NCBI GenBank assembly: GCA_010909165.1 | Contig: MU008202.1 | Location: 186,001-250,000 of the forward strand | Length of the DNA: 64,000 nt | From: Anthoceros angustus | Lineage: Eukaryota > Plantae > Anthocerotophyta | Direction: 5' to 3' | Shown: one piece after another, positions 37,596 to 49,352 of the stretch | Position numbering within the stretch: position 1 is the first letter of the stretch | Layout: each line of letters starts with the position of its first letter | Notes under the pieces: model-generated | Seen by the model: the letters and a program-made list of their open reading frames with translations, nothing else | Told to the model about the DNA's origin: nothing | Databases searched by the model: none | Made by a program: the position numbers and the translations under genes

Positions 37596-40037
37596 ATGGG
37601 GTTAACTGGTATTCCAGCAAGAGCTCCCCCCGCCCACCTGACTTCATGCAATCAAGCTTTGGCAAACGACGACGCTGTCACGTGTGGCGCTTGGGCAAGG
37701 AAGCCAGCCCGTGAACGAGGATATCTGGGTGGATTGGGTCGTGGCCGGGAGCTCTTGTGGCAACCATCCTTCGTATATCGAACATATCGGTGGGATAACA
37801 GGGAACGTAGGAGGAGCCCCAGTTCGAGTTTGGATGTCTTGGGGCGTGGGGAATTCCAGGAGGTCGTGTGGTTAAGCAACCTCTACAAGCCCGCAGGATA
37901 CGAAAGTGGCCTAACGGCTGAAACTGTGAGCAACTTGTGTCAGCAGGGGGAGCTCACACGGGCTGTTGAGGCTCTGGGTGTTCTGGTGCACGCAGACTAT
38001 CCTACTCCCAGATCACTTTTTTATACGCTCCTAAAGCAATGTGTGGGTCAGAAGGATTTGCCTCTGGGTCGCCGGGTTCATGCCCTCACTGTGAAGCAGG
38101 GTTACGAGTTGGACACGTTCTTGTGCAACCACATCCTGCGGATGTATGCTTCCCGTGCCAGGTTGCGAGAAGCGATGGATGTGTTCACCACTGTTCCCAA
38201 ACCAGATGCCTTTACCTGGTCCGCCATAATCTGTGCGCATGTCCAACACGGACAAGATAAGCAGGCCATACAGCTGTATCATCGTATGCGCAGGTCAGGT
38301 GTGAAGGCAGATGGACATGTGTTTGTTGCAGCTCTTCAGGCTTGTGCAAGGGGAGCAGACCTGAAAGCTGGGCAACAGGTGCATGCTGATGTCTTGGCCA
38401 GTGATTTCGAGCCTAAGTTGTTTGTTTGGAATTGCTTGGTGGACATGTATGCCAAATGTGGCAGCTTGGAGGAGGCTCAGAGAGTCTTCGACGGACTTCA
38501 TGAAAAGGATGTGGTGACATGGACTGCCATGATAGCAGGATATTCCCAGCAGGGCATGGGGCAGGAAGCCCTTCATCTGTACAGGGCTATGCAAGAAGAC
38601 AGTGTTGTCGCACCCAATTCTGTGACATTTGTGTCCCTCCTGCAGGCATGTGCAAGTGTGGGCAGCCTGGCTTTGAGTAAGGGGAGGCAAGTTCATGCAC
38701 AGATCACAGACCAAGGTTATCAGGCTGATTTGTTTGTAGCCAGTAGTTTGGTAAACATGTATGCAAAGTGTGGCAGCCTAGAGGATGCTCAGCGTGTGTT
38801 TGACGAGCTTCCTCGCAAAGATGTGGTCACGTGGAATGCCCTGATAGCTGGATATGCCCAGAAGGACACGGGGCTGGAAGCTTTGAGTCTTTACAGGACC
38901 ATGCAGGAAGAAGGCAGTGTTGCACCCAATTCGGTGACATTTGTGTGTGTCCTTCAGGCATGTGGAAGCCTAGGCGACCCAGCTTTGGAGAAGGGAAAAC
39001 AGCTTCATGCACAAATTACAGAACAAGGACTTCAAGTGGATGTGTCTGTGGCCAACAGTTTGGTGAACATGTATGCCAAGTGTGGCAGCCTAGAGGATGC
39101 TCAGGGCCTGTTTGACAGGCTTCCTAAGAGAGATGTGGGAACGTGGAATGCCATGATAGCAGGATATTCTCAGAAGGGCATGGGTCTGGAAGCACTTCGT
39201 CTTTACAGGGCTATGCAAGAAGAAGGCCTGGCAGCACCAGATCGTGTGACATTTGTGTGCCTCCTGCAGGCATGTGCGAACGTCGCAGCATTGCATCTGG
39301 GAAGGCAGCTTCATGCTCAGGTTAGAGAACAAGGGCTTCTCACCGACGTATTTGTAGCCAGCAGCTTAATAAATATGTATGCAAAGTCAGGGAGCATGTT
39401 CTATGCACAACAGGTTTTTGATATATTACCTGCAAAAGACGCAGTCACCTGGAATGCACTGATTGCCGGATACACCTCCCAAGGAGCCAGTGACGAGGTC
39501 TTTGACTTGATTCAGAAGATGAGAGAGGATGGCAAACAGCCAACCGGGTCCTCATTTACCAGTGTGCTAACGGTATGCAGTCATACTGGCCTAGTGAACA
39601 AGGGGCAAGAGTACTTTGAGGCTATGAGACGGTATGGCATCAGCCCCATGGTCGAGCATTACACATGCATGGTGGATCTCCTGGGTCGTGCTGGCCAAGT
39701 GGATGAGGCACTAGCTGTGGCGAGGACAATGCCTGTACTGCCTGATGCTGCAGTATGGAGCACTCTATTGGCTGCCTGTCGAAAGTGGGGCGATGTGGAG
39801 GTGGGACGCCAAGCATTTGATGAAGCTGTTTGTCTAAACAAGGTGGATGCAACACCATATGTGTTAATGTCAAATATATACGCTGGCGCCCAGATGTGGG
39901 AGCAGGCAATGGAGATGCAGGCAAGGAGAATAGGAAATGGGGCATGGAAGCAGCCGGGGCAGAGCTGGTGGACAGACACGGAAGGTGTGGTGCATAGCTT
40001 TCGGGCTGGGGATTACAACCATCCCCTCTGTGAATAA
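37596..40037 (+). CDS. PLS-class PPR RNA-editing factor: 17 PPR motifs + E1/E2 + truncated WW-type DYW (E+), intronless
   Basis: P-L-S triplets (VVTWNALIAGY / VTFV.LLQAC / SLVNMYAKCG), P2-L2-S2 (HYTCMVDLLGRAG), E1/E2, then KQPGQSWWTDTEGVVHSF and a stop. Confidence 0.96.
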   Translation: MGLTGIPARAPPAHLTSCNQALANDDAVTCGAWARKPARERGYLGGLGRGRELLWQPSFVYRTYRWDNRERRRSPSSSLDVLGRGEFQEVVWLSNLYKPAGYESGLTAETVSNLCQQGELTRAVEALGVLVHADYPTPRSLFYTLLKQCVGQKDLPLGRRVHALTVKQGYELDTFLCNHILRMYASRARLREAMDVFTTVPKPDAFTWSAIICAHVQHGQDKQAIQLYHRMRRSGVKADGHVFVAALQACARGADLKAGQQVHADVLASDFEPKLFVWNCLVDMYAKCGSLEEAQRVFDGLHEKDVVTWTAMIAGYSQQGMGQEALHLYRAMQEDSVVAPNSVTFVSLLQACASVGSLALSKGRQVHAQITDQGYQADLFVASSLVNMYAKCGSLEDAQRVFDELPRKDVVTWNALIAGYAQKDTGLEALSLYRTMQEEGSVAPNSVTFVCVLQACGSLGDPALEKGKQLHAQITEQGLQVDVSVANSLVNMYAKCGSLEDAQGLFDRLPKRDVGTWNAMIAGYSQKGMGLEALRLYRAMQEEGLAAPDRVTFVCLLQACANVAALHLGRQLHAQVREQGLLTDVFVASSLINMYAKSGSMFYAQQVFDILPAKDAVTWNALIAGYTSQGASDEVFDLIQKMREDGKQPTGSSFTSVLTVCSHTGLVNKGQEYFEAMRRYGISPMVEHYTCMVDLLGRAGQVDEALAVARTMPVLPDAAVWSTLLAACRKWGDVEVGRQAFDEAVCLNKVDATPYVLMSNIYAGAQMWEQAMEMQARRIGNGAWKQPGQSWWTDTEGVVHSFRAGDYNHPLCE

Positions 40038-40451
40038 AAAAGCCACATGCGCCACGTCTGCCATTGGAATGGAAGATAATCTGGTGTATGCACGTCCTGG
40101 GACGAGACAGGGTCCTCACTTACATCTGTATACACAGCACAGAATGGAACTACTGGTTGCAGGTTCGCAAGTCCGAGACTCCTTGGACAGATCAACTGCC
40201 AGCAACAGGTACGTAGTTTCAACTTCAATCACGGTCCTGGCGTAGCAAAATGACAATACCAGCATCTGCGGATAGGTGAAATTAGTAAGATGAAGTTAGT
40301 AACTACACTTGGAGAGATTGGATAAGACTGAGTCATTTTTGAGCACTGGTTTTGGTAGCAGTGCCGACCTGTGGTATGGTGAATTTTATAAACACGCCAG
40401 GAACGAAAAGGACCCACACCGTTGCATAATGCTCAGAAGAGCTCACATCAT

Positions 40452-41865
40452 TCATGTCCTGCCAGTGGAAAAATTACTGATGAGAACCTGCATGCACGAA
40501 AGGGACCTAGTGTCCTCCACCGGATGTGGCAGATTTTCAATTGGCATTCTCATGAACTGGTCTACTAGGAGACAAACATACTTGGACCTGTGCCACGCTC
40601 GGAGTGCATCATAGGCTTCCAAGACTTCCTTGAATTTCAGCTCCGACTCCTCTGTAATCGAGAGGCGCTTCTCAGCAAACCGAGCGCAGGCAACTGATTC
40701 CGACAAAGTAGGTTATGTATTTAAGGTACCTTTGCGGGACATGTTCCGATCAGGATGATGCTCCATGGCCCTTGCTCTAAAGGCCGCCTGGAATGAACAT
40801 AAGGCCCAAGTTAAGAGACAGAGAGCTTGTCGAAAGATACAAACGTTACCCATACCAGAGTACCTTGATTTCTGCTTCCGAATACAACGAGTGCCTTTTC
40901 CTGCCATAACAGACAATCGAGATCAGATTTCGACTATTATCTCTCACACGAAGACAATTTATCAGAACACATGGCAGAAATACAGAAAGACAAAATTGGA
41001 GAGAAAGATCTGACACCTACGCGTCTAGACCCAGAACTTGGTAGTGATGTAACAGTCCAGGCCTTTTCGATACATGTGAATCATTTCCTGACCCTGTTCC
41101 CCTGTCTTCTTGGGTCTTTTTTCCCCAATCAGTCCTAGCATTCCATCCTGCATGGCGTTGGTCGTGCCACTTCTCGTAGCTCCCAGCATACCGCATTTTT
41201 TCTCTGTAAAAGGCCTCCTGCATTCTCCGAATCCGCTCCTGCAACGAGGGGAGTCTGATAAGTGTATCAGCACTCCCCTCCGCTGCTAAAAACACGTGAC
41301 TACCTGTCCCCTACCTTCCTCATCTCATCTTCCAAGTGCTCTGGCCAAACACGCTGAGTTCGTGTGGACCCTCCTGCATCCGTGGAGTGTGTGCCCCCGT
41401 CCCATTTCCTTCTACTCGAGTTCCCATATTCTCCAGGTTTATACGAACTGCATCCCTTCAACACCCAGCTAGAATTCCATCACTTCGTTCGGACAAGCTG
41501 CTCATCTCTCAACCAACTAGCCTTTCATACACACCTGGCAATGGTGAACAGCTTTCTGCGAAGGACAAGTACGTTTCCTAACTGCACTAGCAGCGTGCAA
41601 GAGTTAGAAGGCATATTCAACAACCCTAGTTCAGCTGTGAGAAACATGGAAGTAGAAGGAACACAAGTACTGTGATTGTTGAGCTTACAGCAATGGCTGC
41701 CATGAAGAGGACTCCCAATTCCAAAACAGACCGACGACGGAGGTTTGAGGAGTCATTCTTAGCCCTGTCATTCCCCAGCTCGGAACCCGCCATTCTTTTC
41801 TCCGCGACATTATCTGCAGAAGAGTTCTTGTTCTCTGGAATCAAAAGAGCATCCGCCAACGACAT
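40452..41865 (-). CDS. DnaJ (type III) protein with C-terminal J domain and intact HPD; N-terminal exons and stop approximate
   Basis: Spliced HHYQVLGLDA|KRHSLYSEAEIK|AAFRARAMEHHPDRNMSRK|EESELKFKEVLEAYDAL; exons ..41021, 40900-40864, 40787-40730, 40651..; upstream ERIRRMQ segment and a hydrophobic stretch. Confidence 0.85.
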
Positions 41866-42249
41866 GCAGACATGCACCTGCCGATGGGATTGGCAGCGGG
41901 TGGCGGGACTTCTTGCCGCGATGTGACCGAATGATTAAAATGCAAACTTATTTCTTGATAGCATTTTAGTGGATTTTAACTCGATTTTCATCTCAGGCGT
42001 CGCTACCCTATTGCATTCCACCCCTTGTACAGGCGTGGACTGGCCTGCTGGGAGATGCAAGCAGGCATTGGGAGGACTTCGAACTCTGGAGCGGCTGTGG
42101 CGACCCCAAATACTGATACCCTAAACCTACTTCGTCTTTGTCTCCTTGAGCGAATAACTTGTAGAGCTCGGATCCCTGGTCTGAGTTAAAACTTTGGGCT
42201 CAGCTCATCTTCGAAATGTTGATTTGAGTGGAGAGTTTGGGGTGGAAGT

Positions 42250-43292
42250 ATGAATTCCTTTTGCAGACGGTCATTTGCCTTGCTGCGCAAACATTTATCG
42301 GTGCGCCTCTGCCCTCAGTAATCTCCTGAAGGATACTTTCTGCTGACCCCGGGATGCAGTTCTCTGAGTGGTGGAATTGTGCGGTGTTTCTTTCGGTGGC
42401 AGGTTGCTCAGCAGCGAAATTTTAGTGAGGAAGTCTCTGCCGCCGCTGCTGTCAAAGACGAGTGGTGGTCTGTAGATGGACGGGTTGTTCGCATTCGAGG
42501 TGGAGAGATTATTCGCCCGAAGGAAGAGTATGAGCTGGTCGCGAATCCCAAGCCCATGAATTTGAAGAAGATTAGGATTGAAAGGATAAAAAGAGCCGCC
42601 GAAACGAAGATCAGGGACCGACCGGTTGGTATCACTGTTTGTGTTGTAGCTCTCATCCGCCCTGCTGACCTTCATTGTCGTAACCCTTGTCACATTCTGG
42701 GGATAGGGACAATCAGTCTACTGGCAAAGTCACCTGAAAAACCTACAGTTTGCAAGAACGGAGTGGGAAACTCTGTGCTACGAGGGTCCCCCTAAGGAGC
42801 AAGTTGCTGTCAATTTCAATCTACATATTGACCACTACAGGGTCCTGGGGATAGAGAGGTATGCACCGTTGCTTTTAGGAGCCAATCTCTGTTTCTGTGG
42901 TAGGAAGTTGGCTTCTGACGGGCTCTTTCTCTTCTGTGGCAGGAGGAACGAGCCTTTCTCCTTACTACAGCTGAAGGTTGGAACTACACTTCTTGGTTGG
43001 GGGTTGCTAGATTCGCAGTGTGGAATTGACTCATGTTTCCTGACTGGCTCTATCTGCAGAACGCCTTCAAGAGGCGAGCCAAGCTCTATCAGCCGGATCC
43101 AAGGGAACGAGGGAAGTATAATGGTAAGGGTATTGCATGCTGAGAATCAGCAGTATTCTTTTGCCGCTTTTTATACCTTAAGAGCCGTGACTCACACAAT
43201 GTATTTGATTGTTAACAGCTGGAGCAGCCGCTAAATTCAGGCAACTCTTCAATTCCTACAAGGCCTTGTCCTCACAGAAGAATAGGATATAG
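42250..43292 (+). CDS. J-like protein (QPD instead of HPD) with mitochondrial-type presequence; exons 42250-42300, 42403-42624, 42707-42858, 42943-42976, 43060-43123, 43219-43292
   Basis: Five GT-AG introns give one open frame: MNSFCRRSFALLRKHLSVAQQRNFS...DHYRVLGIER|RNEPFSLLQLK|NAFKRRAKLYQPDPRERGKYN|AGAAAKFRQLFNSYKAL. Confidence 0.82.
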
Positions 43293-43801
43293 CTGGGTAC
43301 TCTCAACTCTGCTGGAAGCTCGTATAGGTGTGAAGCTCCGTGTCACCTTTTCCTTTTTGTAGAAAACTAAGAGATTTGCATTGGTGGCCTGCCGTCGGAC
43401 GGTCTGTCGTTCCCAGTCTCCTCGGAAAGGGAGCCAGTAGCACTCTCACTATTAAGGTTCACGTGATGCTGTTAGTACTAGCTTGGTTCCGTCTCACAAC
43501 GAAGTGCTTCGCCATGTGCTTTTAACGTGAAGCCTCTGCAATCATAAATTAGGTGTGATCTTTTCTTTGATAAAATCAGCACACTGCCGTTGTCCCGGGC
43601 TAGAGCTGGATTGAGTAGTTGAAGCCCGGTGCAGTGGCTGTGGGTCGCGACGGCCAGACCAAGAGTGCAGCCGGCTGCTCGATGTGCGAAAATCTCTCTA
43701 AGCACTACCGAGACTCCCCACAGCTTTTATTCAGTGTGGAACTCCTCAAGTTACCCACTGAAATTCACTGAGTACCCCTTCGGCAGTCTCATCTGAAGAG
43801 A

Positions 43802-46800
43802 TCATATTTGAAAATCAATAGCAGCTGAGCTGTTCTTCTCAGCCCCCTCAATTTGCTGCAACGTGGGAGACCCCGGCAGCTTCTTCGTCCTACGTCTTGG
43901 AGAAGAGGTCGTCGAGGATTTTCTCTTGGGCGACTTAGGCGGGTCTTCACTGGTTGAGGTGGACTTGGGGGATCTCGGGCTTCGAGGAGATCGGGATTTC
44001 TTTTGAGGTTTAGGCTCCACGGTCTCCTCCAAGGTAGACGGTGGAGCCACAGGCGAGACCTCAAGTTCCTCTGCGGCCACAGAAGCAATACCGGCCACAC
44101 TCTCCGCAAGAGCCACAGACGTGCTAACTGCGGCATCTGGGGATGCCGTGGGACATTGACGTACCAGATGATCCTCAGTTTGGTTCTGAGTTTCATCCAC
44201 CAACGGCGCAGGGTCCAGTGTGCCAGGCCTCGTCACACAAAGCCACTGACGGGGTGCAGTTATGTCGTCTCCTCCAGCTATCGGGAAGTGAAAGCTGCCG
44301 GTCTCCGATTCCTGTGAAACTTCAGTGTTAGTACGCGTAAGAACGACACCAGTGGCAACTTCAGGACACAAGTAGGTACCTGAATCACAATGGAGTACGG
44401 AGGTGGCATGTGGAACTCCACGTCGTCCCTTTTTGAGATTGTGAATCTGACCTGAAAATGCAAAACGGTTGACAACGACTAAAGTTAAGAACTGCTTGAG
44501 GATTCGGGTCTCTGCTCGATAAGCGGACAGTTGCACATAACATGATACCTGGTGTCGTTCTTTCCACTTTGGAAAGAAGTCGGTTCCCAAGAGTTGAAAT
44601 AAGTGATCACGCATTTCATCGTTTGTTACCAGTAAACACTTGAATCTTACTGCAGCATAGAGCCAATACCTGCGAACCCATCAGGATGAGAAAAAATACA
44701 GGCCAAAAATCTAGCAGCCTATATCTCATACTGGCCTAAACCAAAAGAGAGTAGAGAAATACAAACCAATCATCGTTTGATCCTGTCGGTGTAGTAAATA
44801 TTGTGTCCGCAACCCTCCACGCTTGCAAACACTGTTGACCATTCGGAGTCATTGCAGCTCCGTCTTTTGTCCGCTTATGATGCAAGACAATGAGAGGTAG
44901 TTTCTTTGATGGACTCAATTTCTGTACTCCCTTCACAACAGCATTAACCTGCAGAGGAGGAGTCACAGTAAGTCGTCAAGCAAAGGACAGCTCTGAACTC
45001 AAAGGATCCAACCCATGCGTTCTCCTGACCTGCTACTGGGAGAGACTACAACAATGCAAACATGGATCAGAAAGAAGCCTTTTTCATGGCAGACCTGCGT
45101 AAAATTGAATCCCCCTTCACTGAAATTCTGATTCAGCAAGCCCACATTTGCAGCGTCCACAATTGCATCATAGGGACCATGACGGTCAAGCCATGACTGC
45201 AACAACAAACAGCGTGAATATCAGAAAGCAAAGCCACAGTTCATAAGCCAGACTACATCACTCCTGTCAAAGGAGCAGATCCATGAGCAGGCTTGAACAC
45301 TGTTCTGTGGATGAATGACACTCTTGTTTTAGACGACACTTGTACCTGAAAATTTTTGAAATCCGCACGGGCTTCTCTTGAGCAGGCAAGGGTTGCAAGA
45401 GACTCTGCAAAGCTTTCGGTCTCCCGTGGATCAATATCAATGGTTACTAGCTGCTCTTTACAGCATTGGCAAGCTCCGCTTTTATCAAGGGTGGTGTAAT
45501 CAGCTTTCCAACGACCCTTCCCAAGCCAACCCAGACCATGCCAGCCCCCCCCACCTGCTTCTATTGCTTGCTGTATTTGGTCCTGCCCCGGCGGCTTAGA
45601 CCATGTATGTCTCCCAAACTGATCAGCCCCCTCTTGAGTGAACCATCGATGGATAATGTCAACTGTAGCAGGAGACAGCTCCCGCATATTCTTTCGGAAT
45701 CTGTGTAGAAGAGCGTATACTCTGTCTTCCAAGCCTGTACTCACACTAAGTTCCAAAAGTGCCCGCAGCTCATCTTCTTCCGGCTGAACACCTGTTTCAT
45801 TCATATGAGCATATACTTCAAATGCTTTCTCCACTTGCTTGAGCTTACAGTAAGTGAAGAGAGCAGGACCATAGGACCGAAGCTTAGGAGCGATCTTCAA
45901 CGCAGCCATCTTCTTTATAACCTCAAACGCCAAATCGCCATCCTCAATCGCAACAGCTAGCCTAGCCACTGAGGTCAGTGTTGGTTCGCCAGCAGTAACC
46001 CCACTAGCTTGCATATGCTTATATATCTCAAACCCTCGTTCCTGAGCTGTTAGCTTGACTTCATCCGTGACCTCAGTAAGATTCCATGTCCATTTTACCT
46101 GATCGTTCCCGACTGCGGGCTCCTGCAGTGAGTCTACGGGAACAGACCCCTCGTTCCCGACACTTCCCTTCTCCCTACCACTCTTCCCCGCCTTCAGAGT
46201 GCCCAATGCAGCCGAGGAACACAGATACAAGAGCACGTTATACGCGTACTGGTCGAGTCTGATAGTTCCCTCCTTGACCACTTGGTCATAGAGGTTCAAT
46301 GCGTACAAGAGATCCCCGAACTTGGAGCACATGTCCAAGTTCCTTCGAAATTCTGACTCAGCGGAGTACTTCTTCTTCTTCCTTCTGCTTCCTCCGTTTT
46401 GCTTTTCGCTAGGTCTTTTCAGGGATCCCCCTACCTGGTCATCCATCTCCTCTGAATCCACAATAACAGAGCTTTCTGTCAGGCGGTCGTTGTTGGTTTC
46501 AACAGCCAACTCTACAACGCGCTGCGTGAAGGCCGTCCTTTTCTCAGTGTCCAACACTGTCTGGAACGAGGACCGACTGCGATTAGAACGATTGGAACCA
46601 ACACCGTCAGCAATGCCTGTAGTGCCGATATACAAATTTCTGTTCGAGCTCGAACTCTCTGAAACACGTCCAGAAGAATCTATCCTCGGACTGTATCTAG
46701 ACTTCCTTATCTGAACATCCTGAGAAGACTGCGGCTTCGCGGATGCCGAATCCCGATGAAGTTGCGACTTCCCGGAAACCGCTCTTCCTGTCTCCACTTT

Positions 46801-47178
46801 ACGATTCACATGCCGCGGAAACCTGCGCTCCTCCGTCCGTGCCCCGGAACCAGCATCCGCAACCTTGATATTCTGAACCAGCTTTTCCACTACCGGCCCT
46901 GGTGACTCCGAAGACTCTCTCCTCCAAACAGAATTTCTATACCTGCTACCGGCCTGGGACCAGCTCTTGGAAGACTCGGCCGGCTGGTCAGACGTTTCCG
47001 ATTGGGAAACAATGCTCCTCGCCTGCCAGCGATTTAAGGATATTTGCTGACGAGAGAAGAGCCAAGGGCAAGAGGGCCACCGAGGCAGTGACTGCAGACC
47101 CAGCTGCAGGTCCAGCTTCAATCCATTGCGCGGAACTGTGAAGCAACGTTCAGTGAAGCAATTGCAGTAGAAAAACAT
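43802..47178 (-). CDS. PRORP: Protein-only RNase P (PPR + Zn + NYN domains), multi-exon
   Basis: LDMCSK.GD..YNVLLYLCS, PKLRSYGPAL, CQCC, GPYDAIVDAANVG, TPTGSNDDWYWLYAA, LLVTNDEMRDH.FQLL, HMPPPYSIVIQE..HFP..WLC. Confidence 0.96.
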
Positions 47179-47282
47179 GGTCCTGATGATGAGACAAGAG
47201 CTTACCTACATTGCTTCATCCAGATGGATTCCTGAATTCCCAGCCACTGGCAGGACCCAAGCCGCTTGCCTTAGGGCTTTTC

Positions 47283-47324
47283 TAGGGTTTAACCCATCCT
47301 GAGCTCCCACCCTGGTATATATAT
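47283..47324 (-). promoter_or_regulatory. Telo-box and TATA-like element upstream of PRORP
   Basis: TAGGGTTT at 47283-47290 (AAACCCTA on the minus strand); TATATATAT at 47316-47324. Confidence 0.4.
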
Positions 47325-48475
47325 CTCACGCAGAAATTCAGTTTGATTCAGCCTTTCGCTAGCACAATTTAGCTCGTGGACGCTTAAATTTAATTGTGAA
47401 CAATGGACCGAGGGAGCTTGGGTGGCAATGGCATTAGGTACAATTCAAACATTCAAGCCTTGAACCACGGAAGGCAACGCAACGTTGACTTGCCCGCTTG
47501 CCATCCGAATTAAGAATTTTATTCTGCAATTCAATTGCGCCAGTTGCGATAGCTGCCTCTAAAGGACACAACTGGCCCTAGTTTTGCAGCCTGTTTGGGG
47601 CTTTGCTGGTCAATGTTCCCAAACCGCATCACGTTGTCGAGGTTCCTCGTCCAATTATGCGTTCGCTTTCCATGTGTTTTTTTTATTATGTTTTTATCGA
47701 TTATCTAGCAGGACCTTAGAATAGGTAGCACACCAAGGGCCAAAACAATTGGGGGTGCACCCTATCCTAACTTTTGATGTGAAATAGGACAGGGTTGAGC
47801 CTTGATCTAGTTGAGCCGGGAGCCTTGAGTTAACTTAAAGATCTAAAGTATTTTGCAACTGTTATTACATGAAACAAGTCTTCACATATGCCTACCTTAC
47901 AATAAAGAGCTTAAATCATCTTACAATGAAGAGCTTAAATCACAGACCTCGAAGGGCCTTACAATCGTTAGCCAACCAAGGACGAAAACAATTGTGGGAT
48001 GGTCCAATATAAGTCCGTATAAAATTACCTTGTAAAATCGCAAGAGGAGAGAATACACTCAAGGACTGAAAGTGAATACCTATCACAAAAGAATACATTT
48101 GTATAAATTGGATAAATAATTATATTTTTACTTATTGAATTATTGAATTATTAAATTAATATAATTGATTATGTTATTCTAGTTAAATTATTAGATTATT
48201 AAATTTAATAATATATCATTCATGATTTATGATTATAATTCAAGGATTAGTTACTTAAGTTTTATAGTTCTTCCTTGAAAAAAAAGCTCTTTCTATCCCA
48301 ATTACTACCCTTAACATATTCTACTTGCTTTCCGTTCTTGCGTTAATCTGACCCGCTCAAGAAATGCGCAAGCGTTTAAAAATATTTCTTTATCTCTCTC
48401 AGCTCATCCATCAGTTGCCCTTGACTTCCCTCCCTCTAAGAGGTCTTCTTGAAAGGAGTTGCAAGCTAGGTATTC

Positions 48476-48575
48476 CTCCTATACTTGGTTCTCATCTTCT
48501 CCTCTCTTTTCACTTAAACGAGCGTTCTCCTATATTTGGTTCTCATCTTCTCCTTTCTTTTCACTTAAACGAGCG
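48476..48575. repeat. 51-bp direct tandem duplication
   Basis: CTCCTATAYTTGGTTCTCATCTTCTCCTYTCTTTTCACTTAAACGAGCG at 48476 and 48527. Confidence 0.9.
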
Positions 48576-49282
48576 AGACCTGCTGCCTATAACAAAGTGT
48601 CTTTACGTATCTATCCACTAAACTTCAGAAATGCAAACAATCCGTTTGTTGTTGTCTCCAAGTGTTGGGACCAGTTCTCCCATGCTACCTTTGCATTCAC
48701 ATGTCTTTCAAGCCGAGGATGTTCATAGGTCAAATGAGTATGGGGTCTCGTGACCCTAAGATTGAGGCAGACGGATGGGTGACCTCCTAACGGCCTAGAG
48801 CCAGCGGGATATGTAGCCTTTGCAACATGGATGTGGAATCGAGAAAGCATTTTCTCTTCTCCTACACGTTCTCTATAGGTACTAGGAAAGATTTGAGCAT
48901 GCTTTTTGAATGTACTGATTTTTCCATAAGCGCTTTTTGCTCTTTCCCGAATTCTATAACTACATGATTGTACTTACAACAAATATGCGATTTACTCACA
49001 ATAATGTTAAAAGAATGAATCTGCGAGAGACCTAGAATCTTAGTTTTAGCTATTAAAGAGGATAAGTTTGCTAGAGACTTAGGGTTTTAGTTTTAGTTGT
49101 TAAAAAGAAGAATTTGCAAGCAACCTAGGGGTTTTTTTATCTAAAATTAGTAGTAGTCCAGATATCTTTTTTTATTCCAATATATATATTGTTCCATTCC
49201 AGTCCCATGACGCTCCAATATCCATCCTTGATAGACTAAAAATAGTATTACAAAGAGTCATAATACTATGTTTTTTAACAAC

Positions 49283-49352
49283 TTGGATGCCAGGAATTGA
49301 ACTCGGGACGGGACCCTCGGGTAAAAGCAGTGTACCTCACCGTGTAGACAGA
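49283..49352 (-). pseudogene. tRNA-Glu-derived pseudogene or SINE head
   Basis: Minus strand GTCTACACGGTGAGG..CTTTTACCCGAGGGTCCCG..GAGTTCAATTCCTGGCA resembles plant tRNA-Glu with A- and B-boxes; stems are broken. Confidence 0.45.

Noticed and set aside
47183-47219. Upstream ATG and mini-intron extending the PRORP N-terminus
   Set aside because: The implied intron is only ~23 nt, too short to be spliced
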